DNA of 64,000 bases from Dehalococcoidia bacterium (lineage in GTDB: Bacteria > Chloroflexota > Dehalococcoidia > UBA6926), in contig CBDBLR010000003.1 of the NCBI GenBank assembly GCA_965207115.1, forward strand, positions 224,563-288,562, read 5' to 3'. Of this stretch, positions 9,006-17,107 are shown piece after piece. The first letter of the stretch is position 1; each line of letters starts with the position of its first letter. A program made the position numbers and the translations under genes. The notes beneath the pieces are model-generated. The model was not told where the DNA came from, searched no databases, and worked only from the letters and a program-made list of their open reading frames with translations.

Positions 9006-9509
9006 TTACGGCCTGACTTCGAGAGTGGCGATGAGGCGCTCTCTGACACTCGTCCCGGCCGCCGTATCGGTCGTCACATGATCGGTGTGCTCCATGGATG
9101 AGGAATCAGACGGAGAATCCATGCTGCCCATGTCATCCATTCCCGAGTCTGCCGTGAGAACGCCTTCGGCGGCGTGAATAAAGATGTCATACCGCCCTGT
9201 CGCATGTGCCTCGAAACTCATCGGCGCTGTCACCCCGGGCCCCACCTCCGCCTCGATGTTATAGCCATGCAAATGGACCAGGAGCGGCAAGTCGCTCGTC
9301 CAATCGATCGTGACTGTATCCCCCTGATTGACCGTCAAAGTTGATTCGTCGGCGGTCAATTCGCCTCCGACGATTTCCATTTCAAAGGCAACGTCCTGAG
9401 GCTCACGATCCTCACACGCGGCGGCAAGGAGGGCGGCCAACACTATCGCCATGGCAATCGTTGCCGTCCTCAACAGGTTCGTGACGTTCAAATGGTCACC
9501 TTGTTCCAC
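9006..9509 (-). CDS. Putative lipoprotein with a cupredoxin-like fold and a Met/His/Asp-rich tail, 167 aa
   Basis: Hydrophobic N-terminus with LAAAC. LTVNQGDTVTIDWTSD...VHLHGYN...FEAHATGRYDIFIH resembles cupredoxin-like domains. C-terminal MDDMGSMDSPSDSSSMEHTDH is a metal-binding-type low-complexity region. The exact start is uncertain. Confidence 0.5.
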   Translation of the reverse strand: MEQGDHLNVTNLLRTATIAMAIVLAALLAAACEDREPQDVAFEMEIVGGELTADESTLTVNQGDTVTIDWTSDLPLLVHLHGYNIEAEVGPGVTAPMSFEAHATGRYDIFIHAAEGVLTADSGMDDMGSMDSPSDSSSMEHTDHVTTDTAAGTSVRERLIATLEVRP

Positions 9510-9608
9510 GGTGTTTTTGGGCGGCCGGACTGACTGTCGTTTGTTAGGTGAACGTCCTGGGCGTGGGGGTGGTTAGGTATCAGTTTACAGGTGGGATGGG
9601 GATGTTCA

Positions 9609-9735
9609 CCCTTCGACAAGCTCAGGGCGAAGGGAACGGGGTTGGCTGCGGATTGAGGCTTTGGATTCTTCGCTGCGCTCAGAATGACGGAGAGGGCGGG
9701 AATGACGGAGGGGGCGGCCCTTCGACAGGCTCAGG
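9609..9735. repeat. Composite intergenic repeat cluster
   Basis: 18-nt direct repeat CCCTTCGACARGCTCAGG at 9609-9626 and 9718-9735 (17/18 identical). A full copy of the CCGTCATTC...GAATCC family lies at 9663-9690 (reverse orientation), with a partial GGGAATGACGG at 9698-9708. Track ORFs here translate to typical repeat-derived peptides (LSLSKG, PELVEG, RSEES). Confidence 0.75.
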
Positions 9736-9750
9736 ACGAGCGAGGTGGGG

Positions 9751-10584
9751 TTAGAGGTCTTTGAGGATGTCTTCGGAGAGGGGGCGGGTGTGTTCGCTTG
9801 TGGGGAATGTACCGTCGCGGACTTCCTGGGCGTATTCGTTGACGGCGGCGCGGATTGTGTCACTCAGGTCCGCGTAGCGCTTGACGTGCCGCCCGACATG
9901 GTCTGAGACGATGCCGAGCATGTCGCTCACAACCTGCACTTGCGCATCGCAATGCGGGCCGGAGCCGATGCCGATGGTAGGGATGTTGAGGCGCTCTGTG
10001 ATGATCTGCGAAAGCTGCTCCGGCACCAGTTCCAGCACTATGGAAAACGCTCCGGCCTCCTGCACGGCCTCAGCGTCTCGGATCATCTTGCGCGCGTCTT
10101 CAACGTTGCGACGTCCCTGGAAGCGCCGTCCGATCTGGAACTCCGACTGTGGTGTGAAACCGATATGGCCCATGACGGGGATGCCGCGGTCGACGAGCGC
10201 CCTGATCGTCTCGGCCATGACCTCGCCGCCTTCGAGCTTGACGCTTTGTGCGCCGGCCTCTTGCAGGAATCGCGCGGCGTTACGCAGGGCATCCTCAGGG
10301 CTCGTCTGGTATGACATGAACGGCATATCGGCGATGACGAGGGCCCTCTTTGTGCCGCGAGACACAGCTGCGGTGTGGTGGATCATGTCGTCCATCGTGA
10401 CGGACACGGTGGAGTCATAGCCGAGCACGACGTTGCCGAGGCTATCGCCAACAAGAATGGCCGGGACGCCGGACTCATCGATTGCACACGCGGTGTAGTA
10501 GTCGTAGGCGGTCAGAACCGGAAAGCGCTCGCCCCGGTCCTTGAATTCCTGGATCGTCTTGATGGTTGTGCGCACGGGCGTCAT
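9751..10584 (-). CDS. panB: 3-methyl-2-oxobutanoate hydroxymethyltransferase
   Basis: LTAYDYYTA...VGDSLGNVVLGYDSTVSVTMDDMIHHT, 277 aa. Lies in a pantothenate gene context. Confidence 0.95.
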   Translation of the reverse strand: MTPVRTTIKTIQEFKDRGERFPVLTAYDYYTACAIDESGVPAILVGDSLGNVVLGYDSTVSVTMDDMIHHTAAVSRGTKRALVIADMPFMSYQTSPEDALRNAARFLQEAGAQSVKLEGGEVMAETIRALVDRGIPVMGHIGFTPQSEFQIGRRFQGRRNVEDARKMIRDAEAVQEAGAFSIVLELVPEQLSQIITERLNIPTIGIGSGPHCDAQVQVVSDMLGIVSDHVGRHVKRYADLSDTIRAAVNEYAQEVRDGTFPTSEHTRPLSEDILKDL

Positions 10585-10614
10585 TCCCTTGCCGCAGCCC
10601 CGGAGAATTGTCTT

Positions 10615-10998
10615 CTAGTAGTAGCTGCGGGCCTCGATGCGGTTGGTGCGGGAGACGATGCGATTGCGGGCGTCGACGCGCACGATGCGCGGGCTGACAC
10701 GACAGGCATCCTCCTCGGACATGTGCAAGAAGTGGAGAACGATGATCATGTCCCGCTCACGCACGAGCAGACCGGCTGCGCCGTTCACACAGACCTGCCC
10801 AGAGCCGCGCTCTCCCTCAATGGCGTACGTCTCGAGCCTGGCGCCGTTCGTGATGTCCAGCACCTGCACGAGTTCATATGGCAGGATGCCGGCGGCCTCC
10901 ATCAGATCAGGGTCGATTGTTATCGAGCCCTCGTAGTCCACGTTAGCCTCGGTCACGGTGGCGCGGTGAATCTTCCCGGCCAGCATTGTGCGCATCAT
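10615..10998 (-). CDS. panD: Aspartate 1-decarboxylase
   Basis: MMRTMLAGKIHRATVTEANVDYEGSITID, including the self-processing GS site, 127 aa. Confidence 0.95.
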   Translation of the reverse strand: MMRTMLAGKIHRATVTEANVDYEGSITIDPDLMEAAGILPYELVQVLDITNGARLETYAIEGERGSGQVCVNGAAGLLVRERDMIIVLHFLHMSEEDACRVSPRIVRVDARNRIVSRTNRIEARSYY

Positions 10999-11006
10999 GA
11001 GTTCAT

Positions 11007-11900
11007 CTATCCTGTCGTCTCTGATGACTCGCCCACCAGGGCGAGAATCTCCGCTCCTCTCGTCCCATCGAGCCGTTGCGAGTCAACGGCAAACTTCGCC
11101 GTCGCCTGCGCGAGCGCCGCGTATAAGGGTACTACGCCCGGCAAGGTAGCCTGCAACTGCTCAAGGTGCGCCTGCACGGTCCCGAGGTCTCCCCTGACTA
11201 TCGGGCCTGTCAACGCGGCAGCCGCTCCATCGCGTTCGATATTCCCCACCGTTCCACGAATCAGCGGCAGCAACGCCCGCAAGGCTTGCGACTGATTGTA
11301 CCCGAATTGCGCCCAAAGGCCAGCGGCCTCGGCAATAATCGCTATCAAGTAGTTTGACGCGAGCACTCCTGAGATATGGTAGAGGGCGCGTGATTTCTCG
11401 TTGATGTCGATGGCGTGGCCGTGGAGGGCATGAGCCATGTCACGGAGTTGATGGTGCAGGGCCGGGTCCTGGCTTTCGATGGCGAACGTCACGTTTTCGA
11501 GTGTTGTTGTTCTCAACGAGTTTTGGGGAAAAGTGTAGAGGGGATGGAATCCGCCAGTCACCGCTCCATAGCCACTAGCGCACTCCAGTACGCTCACAGG
11601 TGTTCCGCCGGAGCAATGGACGGCCGCCATGCCATCGCGCCACGGCACGCTTTCCGCGACGGAACCAATCACGTCGTCAGGCACGGTTAGGAAGACGGTG
11701 TCGGCCAGATCAACTAGCAGACCCGCCTGCTGGGTATGTATAGCACCGCCCACACGACCGGCAAGGTCCTTGGCGCGTGGCGCGTTGCGACTCATGATTG
11801 CCGTGATGTTGTATCCGGCATCGGCGAGACCGACGGCAAGCGCCGTGCCAACGGCTCCCGCGCCAAGGATGCCGACTCTGTCGCCGCGAAGCGTCGTCAT
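11007..11900 (-). CDS. Rossmann-fold DUF2520-type oxidoreductase; possible ketopantoate reductase substitute
   Basis: VGILGAGAVGTAL dinucleotide-binding motif at the N-terminus. C-terminal HISGVLASNYL and TGPIVRGD segments are typical of DUF2520. Its start overlaps the stop of the upstream S58 gene (ATGA). Confidence 0.7.
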   Translation of the reverse strand: MTTLRGDRVGILGAGAVGTALAVGLADAGYNITAIMSRNAPRAKDLAGRVGGAIHTQQAGLLVDLADTVFLTVPDDVIGSVAESVPWRDGMAAVHCSGGTPVSVLECASGYGAVTGGFHPLYTFPQNSLRTTTLENVTFAIESQDPALHHQLRDMAHALHGHAIDINEKSRALYHISGVLASNYLIAIIAEAAGLWAQFGYNQSQALRALLPLIRGTVGNIERDGAAAALTGPIVRGDLGTVQAHLEQLQATLPGVVPLYAALAQATAKFAVDSQRLDGTRGAEILALVGESSETTG

Positions 11901-12931
11901 TGCCTAAGGTGTCCGTTCATGCCGGATATGTGTTCAGCTGCGGACGGGACACCGGCGATGCCCGTAGCGGATCGAATCGAATCGACGATGGCTAGTTCGA
12001 CCGCTTCCGCTGCTGCCGCGCCGATAGGTGTGAGCCCAAAGGTATCCACCGGTGTTGCGTCCGGCGGGGCCGTGGAGACGAAGAAAAGCGTATCGCCGTC
12101 GCCCATGCCGTATGACGGGACGATGGCGCGGGCGATGCCGCTGTGCGCCATCATGGCGAGCCGGTTGGCTTGCGCGACGGTCAAGGGCGCGTCTGTTGCA
12201 ACGACGCCGATGGTCGTATTGGTTGGCTGCTGGCCGAATCGACCTCCCGGTCCGCCTCTGCCACCGCTGCGCAGGATCTCGCGCGTGCTGAGGAAGGGCG
12301 GCCCGTCCGCGCGATCGTTGCGCGGCCCGGCGATGAGCGCGCCGGTCTCGGGATCCACAATGTCGCCAAAGGCGTTGACCACCATGACCGCGCCGATTCT
12401 GTGCCCGCTGGCCAGGTCCATTGCTGCCGTGCCGACGCCGCCCTTGAGAGCACGATCCTGCCCGAGTGTTTTGGCGACGGTCGCGCCGGTACCGGCTCCG
12501 ATGCTGCCCGACTCGCCGGGCGCGTCCGATGCTTCGCGTGCGCCGTCAAGACCGAAATCGCGCGTTACGCGTCGATCAGTGCCTCCTATGCCAAGGTCAT
12601 AGATCACCGCGCCGGGGACGATGGGGACCACGCCGCCGGGTGTGGGGAATCCGATGCCCTCCACCTCAAGGTGGCGCATGATGCCTTCCGCGACGTTCAT
12701 GCCAAAGGCGCTGCCGCCGGTGAGGAAGATGGAATGAACGCGTTCAACGAGGGTGCCGGGGCGGAGGAGATCGGTCTCCCGAGTTCCGGGGGCTGCGCCG
12801 CGGACCTCGACACCGCCAATCGCGCCGTAGTCTGGGAAGAGAAGGACGGTTGTCCCCGTCACGGCATCCCTATCCGTGATGTGCGCGAGACGGACGCCCG
12901 GAACGGACGTGATTGTCCGATTCTCGTTCAT
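11897..12931 (-). CDS. Peptidase family S58 (DmpA/BapA-like Ntn hydrolase; P1 aminopeptidase)
   Basis: VPGVRLAHITD...TGTTVLLF...GGVEVRGAAPGTRETDLL, 344 aa. First gene of the pan cluster. Confidence 0.8.
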   Translation of the reverse strand: MNENRTITSVPGVRLAHITDRDAVTGTTVLLFPDYGAIGGVEVRGAAPGTRETDLLRPGTLVERVHSIFLTGGSAFGMNVAEGIMRHLEVEGIGFPTPGGVVPIVPGAVIYDLGIGGTDRRVTRDFGLDGAREASDAPGESGSIGAGTGATVAKTLGQDRALKGGVGTAAMDLASGHRIGAVMVVNAFGDIVDPETGALIAGPRNDRADGPPFLSTREILRSGGRGGPGGRFGQQPTNTTIGVVATDAPLTVAQANRLAMMAHSGIARAIVPSYGMGDGDTLFFVSTAPPDATPVDTFGLTPIGAAAAEAVELAIVDSIRSATGIAGVPSAAEHISGMNGHLRQ

Positions 12932-13073
12932 GAGACGCGCAGGGCGTCCCGACAGCGCATTTGCGCCATGCGTGCTGCCCCTCCTCCCGTCCAGGCGGCG
13001 CGCCGTGTAAAACAGAATGATACAGCGAAGAGCTGTGTTGCGGGGCTAATTCAGCGACAGTTATGCTGAATGC

Positions 13074-13874
13074 GTGATGCGTTCCCGCCCTATTGCCCCG
13101 AAATTGCCGTTGCTTACCGTATTTGTGGTGGCCATTGGCGTTGCCCTGGCCATTGGGGCGATTGCGTGCGAGGTGCGGGAAGACACACCAATCCCGACCC
13201 CGATTCCCACGTTCACTCCGATTCCGACGGCAACATCGATTCCTGATTCAAGCGCCGGTGGCACAACTGATTCGACCATGGAATCGGATTGCCCCACACC
13301 GGTGGCCGCTACGCCCGTAGATAGAGAGGAGACTCTTACCGTGACTGAGAAGCTGAATCGTTGGTCCTCACCGCCCGAGATGCAGATCGACTCGTCGAAG
13401 TGCTATTCGGCGACTTTTGAGACGGACGTGGGAAACTTCGTCATCGAGTTGACGGCGGACAAGACGCCCATCACCGTCAACAACTTTGTGTTCCTGGCGC
13501 GCGAAGGGTACTACGACAACACGACGTTCCACCGCGTGATTCCTGATTTCATGGCGCAGGCCGGGGATCCGGGCGGCACAGGGACGGGCGGCCCCGGCTA
13601 CACCATCCAGGATGAGTTTGACTCCACGCTTCGCCACGACGGCCCGGGCATCCTGTCCATGGCCAACATTGGACGCCCCAACACGGGTGGCGGGCAGTTC
13701 TTCATCACGTTCGGGCCGACGCCGTGGCTTGATGACGCCCACGCCGTGTTTGGCCGTGTGACGGAGGGCATGGATGTGGTGAGGTCGATCCGTATCAGGG
13801 ACCCACAGTCGGACCCGAATCCGGGCACAAGCCTCCACAGCGTGACGATTACGGAAACCGTCGCGGAATCTTAA
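13074..13874 (+). CDS. Exported cyclophilin-type peptidyl-prolyl isomerase with a Pro/Thr-rich tether
   Basis: N-terminal hydrophobic segment ending AIGAIAC, then linker PIPTPIPTFTPIPTATSIP. Cyclophilin core FHRVIPDFMAQAGDP...GGQFFIT. Confidence 0.9.
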   Translation: MMRSRPIAPKLPLLTVFVVAIGVALAIGAIACEVREDTPIPTPIPTFTPIPTATSIPDSSAGGTTDSTMESDCPTPVAATPVDREETLTVTEKLNRWSSPPEMQIDSSKCYSATFETDVGNFVIELTADKTPITVNNFVFLAREGYYDNTTFHRVIPDFMAQAGDPGGTGTGGPGYTIQDEFDSTLRHDGPGILSMANIGRPNTGGGQFFITFGPTPWLDDAHAVFGRVTEGMDVVRSIRIRDPQSDPNPGTSLHSVTITETVAES

Positions 13875-13916
13875 GTGACTCCCTTTTGGGGAGTTGACGG
13901 CAACCGGCCGCTATTG

Positions 13917-14057
13917 TCAGCCGCTGCTTTGGTTCAATTTATCGACGTACTCCGCCAACTTGTCGATAACGGGAACTAGCCTGAGGAGCACGATCAGGAC
14001 TCCGACGGCGACTAGTAGGGTTCCGGCAGCCGCAATAACTGATGCAACATCACCCAT
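13917..14057 (-). CDS. Small single-pass membrane protein, 46 aa; not in the ORF track
   Basis: My translation is MGDVASVIAAAGTLLVAVGVLIVLLRLVPVIDKLAEYVDKLNQSSG. GGAGGA lies about 6 nt upstream of the ATG at 14057. Confidence 0.4.
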   Translation of the reverse strand: MGDVASVIAAAGTLLVAVGVLIVLLRLVPVIDKLAEYVDKLNQSSG

Positions 14058-14289
14058 CACATTCCTCCAACTCTCGCGGTACCTCTAAGGATTCGCGCCG
14101 CTTAAACGCGCCCTATTTCATACATAAGACGTTCGATTTGTCAATTATTGTTCGCCGCGCTTTGGCCCACCAACCAGTTGCGCCTACCAAGGTGTACGCG
14201 CCATAATGTCGCCATTCTGAGCGTGCGCTTATTGATAGCGAACGCGGGACGAACTATGGCTCCCCGGAGCCACGGGAGGGGTGAATACG

Positions 14290-15504
14290 ATGGATTTTCG
14301 GCTTGATGCTGCCGATCAGGCTCTGCAAGACGAGGCGCGTGAATTCACGCGAGTCGAATGGAATGAGAAGGTCGCGGATTCGCGCGGGTGGGATGAGATC
14401 GGCTTGTTGTCTCCGTATCACGCAGACACGGACGCGCTGCAGGCACAACGTGATTTCTCAAAGAAGCTGGTGGACAAGGGCTGGTGGACGATGCACTGGC
14501 CAGAGGAATACGGCGGTCGCGCCGTTTCCATCGAAACCCAGCTTGCCTACCGCGAGGGCATGGCCTATGAGGGCGCTCCGGCATCGTTCGGAGGCGGCCT
14601 GGTTGCCCCCGTACTGATGATTCATGGCTCGGACTGGCAGAAGGAAGAGTTCCTGCCAAAGGTGGCTAACGCGGATATCGATTTCGCACAGGGATTCTCG
14701 GAGCCGAACGCCGGCTCTGACCTTGCCAGCCTTCAGACCCGCGCCGTCCGCGACGGCGATGACTACGTGATCAACGGCCAGAAGATTTGGACGTCCGGCG
14801 CGCACTACGGCGAGTGGTACCACGTGCTGGTGCGCACCGACCCGGACGCGCCCAAGCACCGCGGCATCAGCTATGTCCTGATGCAACTGCGTGATGATGA
14901 CGGCGAAATCACGCCCGGCGTCACGTTGCGGCCCCTGTATGACATGACGGGCACGCGCCGCTGGAGCGAGGTCTTCTTTGACAATGTCCGCGTTCCGGTG
15001 CGGAACCTCATCGGTGAGGAGAACCGCGGTTGGTACGCGGCGATGACGACGCTCTCCTTTGAGCGATCCGGCATCGAGACCGCTGCGAAGTACCTCGGGG
15101 AGCTTGACAGGTTTATCGCCGTCATTCGGGAGACCCGCTTCAATGGCGAGGATGTGCTGAACGACCCGCTCATCCGCCACAAGGTTGCCGATCTGAAGAT
15201 TGAGCTTGAGACGCGCCGGATGCTCTCATACCGCGTCGCCTTCATGCAGTCGCGCGGCGAACTTCCTGTGAAGGAAGGCTCCATGGGCAAGGCGTGGGGC
15301 GACAATCTCGGCAAGAAGTGGCCGCAGTTGATGGCAAGCATCTTGCAGGAGTATGGCAGGCTTGGCCTCGGTGAGCCTCGCGCGCCAATGGGCGGCTACC
15401 CGGGCTTCCGCTACGAAGCCATGCACGGGAGTGGCCTCGGCGGCGGCACCACAGAGGTGCAACGCAACCTCATTGCGCAGCGGGGATTGGGGCTGCCTCG
15501 GTAG
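14290..15504 (+). CDS. Acyl-CoA dehydrogenase
   Basis: GFSEPNAGSDLASLQTRAVRDGDDYVINGQKIWTSGA and a C-terminal GGTTEVQRNLIAQRGLGLPR. I prefer the ATG at 14290, behind GGGAGGGG, over the track GTG at 14281. Confidence 0.9.
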   Translation: MDFRLDAADQALQDEAREFTRVEWNEKVADSRGWDEIGLLSPYHADTDALQAQRDFSKKLVDKGWWTMHWPEEYGGRAVSIETQLAYREGMAYEGAPASFGGGLVAPVLMIHGSDWQKEEFLPKVANADIDFAQGFSEPNAGSDLASLQTRAVRDGDDYVINGQKIWTSGAHYGEWYHVLVRTDPDAPKHRGISYVLMQLRDDDGEITPGVTLRPLYDMTGTRRWSEVFFDNVRVPVRNLIGEENRGWYAAMTTLSFERSGIETAAKYLGELDRFIAVIRETRFNGEDVLNDPLIRHKVADLKIELETRRMLSYRVAFMQSRGELPVKEGSMGKAWGDNLGKKWPQLMASILQEYGRLGLGEPRAPMGGYPGFRYEAMHGSGLGGGTTEVQRNLIAQRGLGLPR

Positions 15505-15526
15505 TCTCCAATTGGTTTCGGAGAAC

Positions 15527-15567
15527 AGTGGGGGCGGCCATTTGGCCGCCCCCACTTCATTTGTTTT
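15527..15567 (+). terminator. Rho-independent terminator
   Basis: 13-bp perfect stem AGTGGGGGCGGCC/GGCCGCCCCCACT with a 4-nt loop, followed by TCATTTGTTTT. Confidence 0.8.
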
Positions 15568-15611
15568 GAGCGATGGGCGCATCCAAATAGCGCTAGCCAA
15601 GGAGAACTGCT

Positions 15612-16043
15612 ATGGGCCTCGATCTGGAGCGCATTACTTACAAGCAACTCAATGCAAAACAGAGGGAGACTTACAACTTCCAGAAAGTGGCGGCCGTCTT
15701 GGCAGACTACGGATTCAACTGCATCAAGCTGGATGATGACTGGTTGGGAGCTGATTTTCTCGCATTCCACAAAGACGGGAAACAGACACTCAAAGTGCAG
15801 CTGAAAGGCGGTCTAGTTATTGACAAGAAGTACACGGGCAAGGACATTTACCTCTGCTTTAGAATCCAGAACAAAGGGCCGTGGTATCTAATCCCTCATG
15901 ATGAACTCGTCAATGAGGCAGGTCGACTTACGCCGTGGCTGACTACGAATTCGTGGCGCAATAGAGGTCGTTACTTCGCCAGCCAACCGTCAAAACGTTT
16001 TGTGTCTGCAATCGCGGCTTATGTTCTAACTGAGGCATCCTAA
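15612..16043 (+). CDS. Small PD-(D/E)xK nuclease-fold-like protein (PDDEXK_5-like), 143 aa
   Basis: YGFNCIKL...GADFLAFHKDGKQTLKVQLKGG fits a D...(E/Q)xK core. Local GC is about 47% on a sampled line. Confidence 0.45.
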   Translation: MGLDLERITYKQLNAKQRETYNFQKVAAVLADYGFNCIKLDDDWLGADFLAFHKDGKQTLKVQLKGGLVIDKKYTGKDIYLCFRIQNKGPWYLIPHDELVNEAGRLTPWLTTNSWRNRGRYFASQPSKRFVSAIAAYVLTEAS

Positions 16044-16067
16044 TTGGCGTGCCTGTTCATCTTTCTT

Positions 16068-16961
16068 CTAAGAGATAGCTTTCCACGTGATGATGGCGGG
16101 GCGGCGAGGGGCGATGCCGTTGACGGTATAGCCTCGATCTGTCTCCTCAAGGAGTTCATCTAGAGCGGCAAGGAGACGTGAGTCCTCCGGTGTGTTTTCC
16201 TCAACATCCAGTCGGCGGCGAATCTGACTCGTTATCTCCTCGCGGTCGCGGCCCATGACGGCGGTCTCCGGCGGGAGCATCGTGACGTCGGGGTGGATTT
16301 GCATTGCCCAGAGGAGTTGCAAGAGTTCTGGCACGCCGGGCATGGGGGTGGGCACGGCGCCGTAAACACGCTCGTAGAAGGGGACTTCAAGAGCGCTGGG
16401 TGGCTCCATCATCTCGATGATTGCCACGCGGCCCGATGCTCGCTCCTGCATCTTTGTGATGAACGCCGCGCCCTCCGGCACGTGGTGTAGGACGAGTGAA
16501 CAAAGGACGAGATCAGCGGTCGCGATATCCGCGTCTTCCCATCGCTCATTTACGACAGTGATGTTGGGCAGTCCGGCCTCGGCGGCGCGCTCCCGCAGTA
16601 TGCCTACCGCTTCATCCGATGGTTCGACGACAGTGACGTGTTTGGCGCGGGTTGCCAGTGGAAGCGCGAATCGCCCCGCGCCGCCGCCAACGTCCAGCAC
16701 CGTTGAGGCTGAATCGATTAAGGCGAAGAGGGCGTTCACGGCGGGGTCGTCGGTCCGATAGAGGTCTCGTGGGCGGTTAGTGTACGAGAAACCGCCGTGG
16801 CCTCCGTGAACGTGGCCATCATCATGCTCGTGCTCACTGTCTTCATGGTCATCGTGATGGTGGTCGTGTCCCGGGCCATGGCCGCTGCGCAGCGCTGTGG
16901 CCTCTCGGTCGTGGGCGATGATTCGGTCACGCCATGCGTCGATTGCAGACTGTATCGTCAT
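16068..16961 (-). CDS. Class I SAM-dependent methyltransferase with a His/Asp-rich N-terminal insert
   Basis: VLDVGGGAGRFALPLA (motif I), preceded by HGPGHDHHHDDHEDSEHEHDDGHVHGGHGG. Confidence 0.8.
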   Translation of the reverse strand: MTIQSAIDAWRDRIIAHDREATALRSGHGPGHDHHHDDHEDSEHEHDDGHVHGGHGGFSYTNRPRDLYRTDDPAVNALFALIDSASTVLDVGGGAGRFALPLATRAKHVTVVEPSDEAVGILRERAAEAGLPNITVVNERWEDADIATADLVLCSLVLHHVPEGAAFITKMQERASGRVAIIEMMEPPSALEVPFYERVYGAVPTPMPGVPELLQLLWAMQIHPDVTMLPPETAVMGRDREEITSQIRRRLDVEENTPEDSRLLAALDELLEETDRGYTVNGIAPRRPAIITWKAIS

Positions 16962-17107
16962 TTCCGATTCCCTCTTTGAGTCGTCCGATGCTCAAATTGT
17001 ATGGTTCTGCTGCCTACGGCTGGCTAGTGGTTTTGAGTCTCAATTTGGGTCTCGAATCGGCTACACTGAGGCGTCGGATGCCCGAATGACAGGGAGGGGG
17101 AGGCATC

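Noticed and set aside
9548-9863. Track ORFs 9548..9754 (+) and 9606..9863 (-) in the panB-downstream spacer.
   Set aside because: They are translations of the short repeat cluster (LSLSKG, PELVEG and AQNDG-type peptides), not genes.
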